Shown here piece after piece: positions 58,259 to 64,000 of a DNA stretch of 64,000 nt. The notes beneath the pieces are model-generated. The model was not told where the DNA came from. It was given only the letters and a program-made list of their open reading frames with translations, and did not search any database. The DNA comes from an uncultured Acidobacteriota bacterium (GTDB taxonomy: Bacteria; Acidobacteriota; Vicinamibacteria; Vicinamibacterales; CAVVIG01): positions 85,830-149,829 of the forward strand of contig CAWBVG010000034.1 in NCBI GenBank assembly GCA_963792175.1, written 5' to 3'. Made by a program: the position numbers and the translations under genes. Numbering within the stretch: the first letter of the stretch is position 1; every line of letters starts with the position of its first letter.

Positions 58259-59371
58259 CAAGACAGCGCCTTCTGGTAGATGCGATAGGTCTTGTAGCGG
58301 CGTGCGCCGGCGAGTTCTGCCGGCTGGTTGATGTCGCGATTGTCCTCGAGCACCCACGAGAACTCCGCCCGCCGGTACGGTGTGCCCTTCATCTGCCGGT
58401 GCAGCTCGAACAGGAGCAGGGGGTAGAGGCCGAGCCGTCGATAGGCCGCTGAAACGCCGAGGAGCAGCAGCCTGACTTGCGTCACGTAGCGCTTGCGCCG
58501 AAGCAACCGGATCAGACCGAGCGGAAACAGCCGGCCGTTGGTCCCTTTCAGCGCCTGATTGATGTCCGGCACCGCGACCGCGCAGGCGACGGGGTGGCCG
58601 TCGACCTCGGCGCACACCGCGCAGCGCGGATCGAAAATCGGTTTCAGCTCGGTCGCGATCCGGCGGAACTCGGCGGCCGTCGGGGCGACGAAGCCCCAGT
58701 TCTGCTCCCAGGCCTCGCAGTAAATCGTGCGCAGCCGCTCGACTTCGCGCGTGAACTCCGACAGGCGCAGCGGCCGCGCGACGATCCCTTCGCGCGCGCG
58801 CAGGCGCTGCGCAAGCCTGGCGATGACCGGCGGCGGCTCGCCCGCGATGTCGTAGATCCAGGCGAACAGGTCTTTCGCCTTGCGATAGCCGGCGGACTCG
58901 AGGAACGCCGCATACTCCCGCGGGTTGTGCGGCATCATCAGCATCGGGTCGCTGTCGAACCCGTCGACGAGCAGGCCCGCGCTTTCGTTGAGCGACGGAT
59001 TGATCGGCCCGCGCAGCGCCGCCCGGCCGCGGCCCTTCGCCCATGCCTCCGCCGCTTCCATCAGCGCCTGTGTGGCGGCGGCGTCGTCCGCTTCGAAAAA
59101 CCCGAACATCGCGACGTTGTCGCCGTGGCGCTGGTTGTGAAGATGATCGTCGATCGCGGCGATGCGGCCGGCGATGCGATGGCCGCGCCACGCCAGGAAC
59201 AGCTCGACGTCGGCGTGGGCGAAGAACGGATTCTTTCGGGGCGTCAGCCGCTCGCGTTCGGCGATCCGCAGCGGCGGCACCCAGTGTGGATCCGACTGCA
59301 TTGCGATCGTAGGCGTAATCGACGAACCGACGGAACTCGCGCCGGCCCTGCACGCGCCGAACGTCAATCAC
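58258..59371 (-). CDS. bcerS: GNAT-fold N-acyltransferase, putative bacterial ceramide synthase; frameshift near 59297
   Basis: GAGGAG RBS; DPHWVPPL, NPFF, GRIAA, FGFFE, GLLVDGF, HNPREY, AWEQNWGF, PDIN, SWVLEDN, KTYRIY. Confidence 0.8.
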
Positions 59372-59401
59372 CTAGGCTCCTCAATACGTTAGCATCACGA
59401 C

Positions 59402-60181
59402 GTGCGATCGTCCGAGTGGGTGTCGTTCGTCTACTTTACCGCCCTGACCGCGATCGCCTGGCTGCGGCCGCTGCCGTCGGCGCGCCGCGCGCAGATCACC
59501 GCGATCGGCCTGCTGTCGTGCATCGCGGTCGTCGCGGTTGCCCGACTGGCGCCGCTGCTGGTCCGCGACTGGACTCCGCCGCTCGTCATCCTGGCCGGGT
59601 ATTTTCTGTCGGGCCGGTTCTTTGTAAACCCGTCGCCGTCGTTCGAGGGCTGGTTGATCGCCTGGGATCGCCGGCTGCTCGGCGATCCCGCCACGCGCTT
59701 TTCGCGCTGGCCGCGCGCCGTGCTGGCGTATCTGGAAATCGTCTACATGGGATGCGTCGTGCTCGTCCCGGCCGGATTCGCCGCGCTCGCGTGGACCGGG
59801 CGGGGCGCGCTCGCCGACTGGTACTGGACGCTCGTGACTGCCGCGGAATTCGGATCGTTTGCGTCGCTCGGCGTCGTCCAGGCGCGTCCGCCATGGATGG
59901 TCGAGCGCAAGGCCGTGCTGAGCGATCGATCGGTGCACCGTGCCGCGTCAATGATGGTGGAGCACTTGACGATTCGCGCCAACACCTTTCCGAGCGGACA
60001 CGTGGCCGGCTCGCTTGCGGCGGCCCTCGCCGTCATGCGTGCAATGCCCGAGCTCGGTCTGGTGCTGCTCTTCCTGGCGGGCAGCATCGCCGTCGCCTGC
60101 GTGGTCGGCCGTTATCACTACATCGTCGACGTGGTGACTGGCGCCCTGTTGACGATGGTCATCTGGTCCGTTGTCACATAA
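59402..60181 (+). CDS. PAP2-superfamily membrane phosphatase/phosphotransferase (Aur1/PAP2_3-like)
   Basis: DRRLLG, ARPPW, NTFPSGH, GRYHYIVDVVTG; TAGCAT-N6-GTG. Confidence 0.85.
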   Translation: MRSSEWVSFVYFTALTAIAWLRPLPSARRAQITAIGLLSCIAVVAVARLAPLLVRDWTPPLVILAGYFLSGRFFVNPSPSFEGWLIAWDRRLLGDPATRFSRWPRAVLAYLEIVYMGCVVLVPAGFAALAWTGRGALADWYWTLVTAAEFGSFASLGVVQARPPWMVERKAVLSDRSVHRAASMMVEHLTIRANTFPSGHVAGSLAAALAVMRAMPELGLVLLFLAGSIAVACVVGRYHYIVDVVTGALLTMVIWSVVT

Positions 60182-60231
60182 TCGTCACGAATTGTCACTG
60201 AATCGCCGTTACAATAGAAGCTCCCCTCAAG

Positions 60232-62687
60232 ATGACGCGAAAGCTTGCGTTTCTGGTCGTGATCCTTTTGTCTGCGACGCCGGCCGTGGCACAGGTGCGC
60301 CCGGCGCGCGCGGGGATGATCGACGGGGTGGTGACGACCCAGGGCGGCACGATTCGCCTGGGTGGGGCGCAGATCGTGGTGCAGGATGGCGGCGGACGCC
60401 AGGTCACGACGGTGTTGAGCGAAGGCGACGGCCACTTCAGCGTCGTCGCCCTGCCCGAGGGCCGCTATCGTGTGACGGCATCGCTCGCCGGATTCGAGAC
60501 GGGAACGGCTGCCGCGACCATCGTCGTCGGTACCAGCACTGAGGTCGCGATCGATCTCGCGATTGCGACGATTTCGCAGACCGTGGACGTCGTCGGATCG
60601 GCGGCCATCGTCTCGCCGGAAGGCACGCTCACGCTGGGCGACGCGATTGGCGGCCGCGAACTCGAACAGTACGCGCCGGGTGGCGGCTTTCAGGCGGCGC
60701 TTCGTCTGCTGGCCAGCATCATCGAAGTGCCGGGCGGCGTCAGCATCAAGGGGGGCGTCCCAGCCAGGCGGGTGTGCAACTCGGCGCTGGCACGCTGGTC
60801 GACCCGTCCACCGGCCTCACGCAGGTCTCACTGCCAGACGATGCCATCGATTCGGTGGCGGTGCTGCCGAATCCGTACGCCGTGGAGTACGGGCGATTCT
60901 CGTCAGGACTCGTCGTCATCCAGACTCGCCGCGCCGGCGATGTCTGGAAGACGCGCCTCAACAACCTCGATCCCACCTTCCGGCTCGGCCGCAGCGGTCA
61001 GCCGTTCGATGTCAAAGGGATCGGCTCGTTCGGCCCGCGGCTGGAGACGGGCGGCCCGATCCTGAAGGACCGGCTGTTTCTGGAACAGACCGCGCAGTTC
61101 CGCTACTCCGCGTCGGATGTCCCGAGCCGGCCCGAGGACGAGTTGCGCCGGACGAAGTGGTTCAGCTCGTTCACGCGAGTCGACGCCACGCTCGCGCCGC
61201 GCCATTCGGTCGTGGGCACCGGTGGATTCTTCCCGAGCGTGACGCAGTGGGCGACGCTGGGTACGTTCACGCCGCCCGACGCGACGGTCGACGTCCGCGC
61301 GCGCGTCAACCATGCGGGCATCACCGAGCGCTCGCTCTGGACAGACAGCCTGTTCAGCGAAACGACCGTGCAGGTGCACGAGTACCAGACCGACGTCAGC
61401 CCGCAGGGATCGGCCCCGATGACGCTGCAGCCTGACACCACGCTTGGCAATTTCTTCAACCGGCAGCACCGCGCGACGGCGACGTATCAGGTCGTCGAGG
61501 CCGTTTCGGGATCGCAGAACGCGCTTGGCGGTCTGCACTTGTTCAAAGCGGGCATCGACGTGCTGCGCAGCGAGTACGGAGGCACCAGCGACAGCCGCCC
61601 GGTGCTGATCGAGCGCGCCGACGGCACGCTGGCGCGCCGTCTCGACTTCGCGCTCCCGTCGACCGAGTCGATCGGCACCACCGACCTGGCGCTCTTCGTT
61701 CAGGATCGCTATCAGCCGACCACCCGGTGGTACCTGGAGTTCGGCGGCCGTCTCGATCGCGACGGCGTGGTGGATCGGTTCAACCTCACGCCCCGGGTTG
61801 GCACCGCGGTCCTGTTGAACGGGTCGGGCAGCGCGGTACTGCGCGGCGGATTCGGATTGTTTTACGAGCGCACGCCGTCGGCGGCGGGGACGTTCGACAC
61901 GTTCGAGAGCGCGCTCGACACGCGGTTCGCGTCCGACGGCGTCACGCCGCTCGGTCCGGCGGTGCGGTTCGCGCATCGCACGGCGCCCGACCTCGAGACG
62001 CCGGGCAGCCGGACGTGGGACCTCGCCTACGACCACCGGCTGAATTCGATGTGGTCGCTGCATTTCGGCGTCATCAATCGCGAGGGGCGCCACGAGCTGA
62101 TTCTCGATCCGGTTCAGACAGCGTCGAGCGCGGAACTGAGGCTGTCGAGCACCGGCCGATCGAGCTATCGCGAGGCGGAAGCCGGCATCCATTTCACTCA
62201 CGGCCCCGGGTTCGACCTCAACGTCTCGTACGCCCGTTCGGCGGCTCGCGGCGACCTCAATGCCTTCACGAACTACTTCGACACGGTGTTGTGGCCGGTG
62301 GTCGGCGCCAACGCCTACGGTCCGTCGGCCGCCGATGCCCCTCATCGTCTGTTCGCGCGCGGGCGCGCGATGCCGAGTCCGCGCTGGCTGCTGCTGGGCA
62401 TCGCCGACTGGCGTTCGGGTCTGCCATATTCCGCGGTGAACGAGACGCTCGATTTCGTCGGCCCCCGCAACCAGCTCCGCTTTCCAACCTATGCGCGGTT
62501 GGAGCTCGGCGTCGAGCATCGCTTCACGATCTTCAAGCTGCAGCCCTGGATCGGCATCCGCGCCTACAACGCGCTGAGCGCGTTCCTGCCGACCGACGTG
62601 CAGGCCAACACCGGCTCGCCATTGTTCGGGTCGTTCTACAACTCCGAGTACCGCCAGTTTCGGCTGCAGGTCCGCTTCGAGCGCTAG
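60232..62687 (+). CDS. TonB-dependent-receptor-like outer membrane protein with N-terminal carboxypeptidase-regulatory-like domain; frameshift near 60755
   Basis: Signal peptide, GRYRVTASLAGF, VEYGRFSSG plug motif, ALFVQDRY, FRLQVRF terminal strand. Confidence 0.82.
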
Positions 62688-62693
62688 CCGCGC

Positions 62694-62778
62694 ACGGGAG
62701 ACCGCAAAGGCCGCAAGAGCATACGCCACCAGTGAGAATGTTCTTTGCGGTCTTCCCGTTCCTGGCGTTCTTCGTGGC
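62694..62778. repeat. Inverted nonamer element (CGCAAAG / CTTTGCG type) overlapping the next start
   Basis: gggagaccgcaaag...ctttgcggtcttccc. Confidence 0.6.
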
Positions 62779-63448
62779 GGGCGCGACAGTTGCGGACGCC
62801 GGAAGCGACATGCGCAGCCTCGTCGAGATCGAGCGCGCCGTCCAGAGTGACCCCGAGAATCTCCAGCTCGCGGCCGACTATCGCCAGCTGGCCATCCCCG
62901 CGCGCGATTTCGATCGGCCGATTGGCGTGCTCGAGAAACTGGCGAAGCAGAAGGGCAGCGGGCCGAACGTCCAGATCAGCCTGGCTCTCGCCTACGTCGA
63001 CAAGGTGCCGACGTCCGGCGACATCCGGCGTCTCTACCTCGGTCGCGACGCGATCGGCGCGTTGACGCGGGCCATCGCGCAACAGCCGACGCCGCTGGCG
63101 TACTACGTGCGCGGTCTGATCAACCTGTACTACAACAACTTCATCTTTCACCGCGTGCCGCAAGGGATCGCGGACCTCGAGCAGGCGCTGGCGATGACGA
63201 CCGCCGACTCGCCGCCGGCGCTGATCCTGCGCGTGCGCACGGCGCTCGGCGACGGATATTTCAGGCTCGGCAACTCCGCCAAAGCGCGTGACGTGTGGTC
63301 GGCCGCGCACCAGCAGTTTCCGGCGGATGCCGGCTTGAAGAACCGCCTCGAGAAACAAGGCGCGGAACTCGAGGATATCGTCACGACCGCGCTCACCGCG
63401 AGCACGCGGGTCGATACCAGCCTCGCCGGTCTTCTTCCAGGCCGTTGA
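62732..63448 (+). CDS. Exported TPR-like helical protein
   Basis: Hydrophobic N-terminus; LALAYVD, AYYVRGL, ALGDGYFRLGNSAKARDVW TPR-like helices. Confidence 0.7.
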   Translation: MRMFFAVFPFLAFFVAGATVADAGSDMRSLVEIERAVQSDPENLQLAADYRQLAIPARDFDRPIGVLEKLAKQKGSGPNVQISLALAYVDKVPTSGDIRRLYLGRDAIGALTRAIAQQPTPLAYYVRGLINLYYNNFIFHRVPQGIADLEQALAMTTADSPPALILRVRTALGDGYFRLGNSAKARDVWSAAHQQFPADAGLKNRLEKQGAELEDIVTTALTASTRVDTSLAGLLPGR

Positions 63449-63461
63449 ATTCAGGCGGAAC

Positions 63462-64000
63462 GTGATCACCGCCAGCGGCGTGCCACGTCTCTCGAGCGCG
63501 CGTTCCGCGGTCGGTGATCCGTGGCTGCTGGCTGCGCTGTGGACGCTGGCGATCGTGGCGGTCGCCGCCGCGGTGCGTCTGCTCGTCTGGTACTGGCCGG
63601 GCCGGGTGTTCGACGGTGTGACCAGTCACATCTGGACGGCGCTCGCGTGGGACCTCGCGCACGGTCATTTCTACAGACCGCTGCTCGGTCCTGACGGGTA
63701 CGGCGGCACCCGTTACATGCCGCTGTTGTTCGGGATACAGGCGCTGCTGATGCGCCTCGGGTTCGATCCGATTGACGCCGGCGTGTTGCTGATGCAGGGC
63801 AGCGTTCTGGCGGCCGCGGCAGCGCTGTACGCGGCGCTGCGCGCCCATCAGGTTCCTCGACGTCTGGCCGTGCCGCTGGCCCTGACGGTCTTTGGTACGG
63901 TCATCTATCAGCAGTACTGCACCGATCTCGATCCCGACTATCTCGCCTTCGCGCTGGCGATGTCGTCGGTTCCGCTGGCGGTTCGCAGCGTTCGACATCA
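63462..64000 (+). CDS. GT-C-like membrane protein (3' truncated by window)
   Basis: Open frame from GTG 63462 to window end: WLLAALWTLAIV, IWTALAWDLAHGHFYRPL, GYGGTRYMPLLF; missing from the ORF track because it has no stop. Confidence 0.6.
   Translation, partial: MITASGVPRLSSARSAVGDPWLLAALWTLAIVAVAAAVRLLVWYWPGRVFDGVTSHIWTALAWDLAHGHFYRPLLGPDGYGGTRYMPLLFGIQALLMRLGFDPIDAGVLLMQGSVLAAAAALYAALRAHQVPRRLAVPLALTVFGTVIYQQYCTDLDPDYLAFALAMSSVPLAVRSVRH

Noticed and set aside
57584-59371. 595-aa GNAT-epimerase fusion ORF
   Set aside because: Artefact of the frameshift near 59297; the GNAT has its own TGA overlapping the epimerase ATG at 58258
7855-62729. Long antisense and alternate-frame ORFs (e.g. 7855-9330, 10225-11925, 29770-31728, 53935-56331, 60903-62729)
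   Set aside because: Shadow ORFs expected in high-GC DNA; Arg/Ala/Pro-rich with no motifs and opposite well-supported genes

Overview
GC-rich bacterial chromosomal window, most likely Acidobacteriota subdivision 6 (Vicinamibacterales-like), inferred from the PadR plus duplicated orphan ABC permease (ADOP-type) pair, GT-C membrane proteins, carboxypeptidase-regulatory/TonB-like barrel and many exported peptidases. About 55 genes. Many are split by single-base frameshifts, which look like long-read consensus errors rather than decay. I found no rRNA, tRNA, CRISPR array, transposase or phage gene. Highlights: (1) 43.5-49.9 kb is an apparently near-complete eukaryote-style aerobic ether-lipid/plasmalogen pathway: CarF/PEDS1 desaturase, acyl-CoA desaturase, a fatty acyl reductase-acyltransferase fusion resembling an ElbD without its central domains, alkyl-DHAP synthase and a PlsC. 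(2) 54.3-60.2 kb is a complete bacterial ceramide cluster (ACP, acyl-AMP ligase, Spt, CerR-like, bCerS-like) plus an Aur1-like PAP2 enzyme. (3) A four-helix-bundle gene is enclosed by mutually complementary heptamer arrays, and ORF-less heptamer and nonamer arrays sit at many gene boundaries. (4) There is a 275-bp MITE. (5) The regulatory pattern is clear: about a dozen TANNNT-N6/7-start leaderless promoters, three sigma54 motifs and a PadR operator. All functional calls come from motif recognition by eye; no database search was run.
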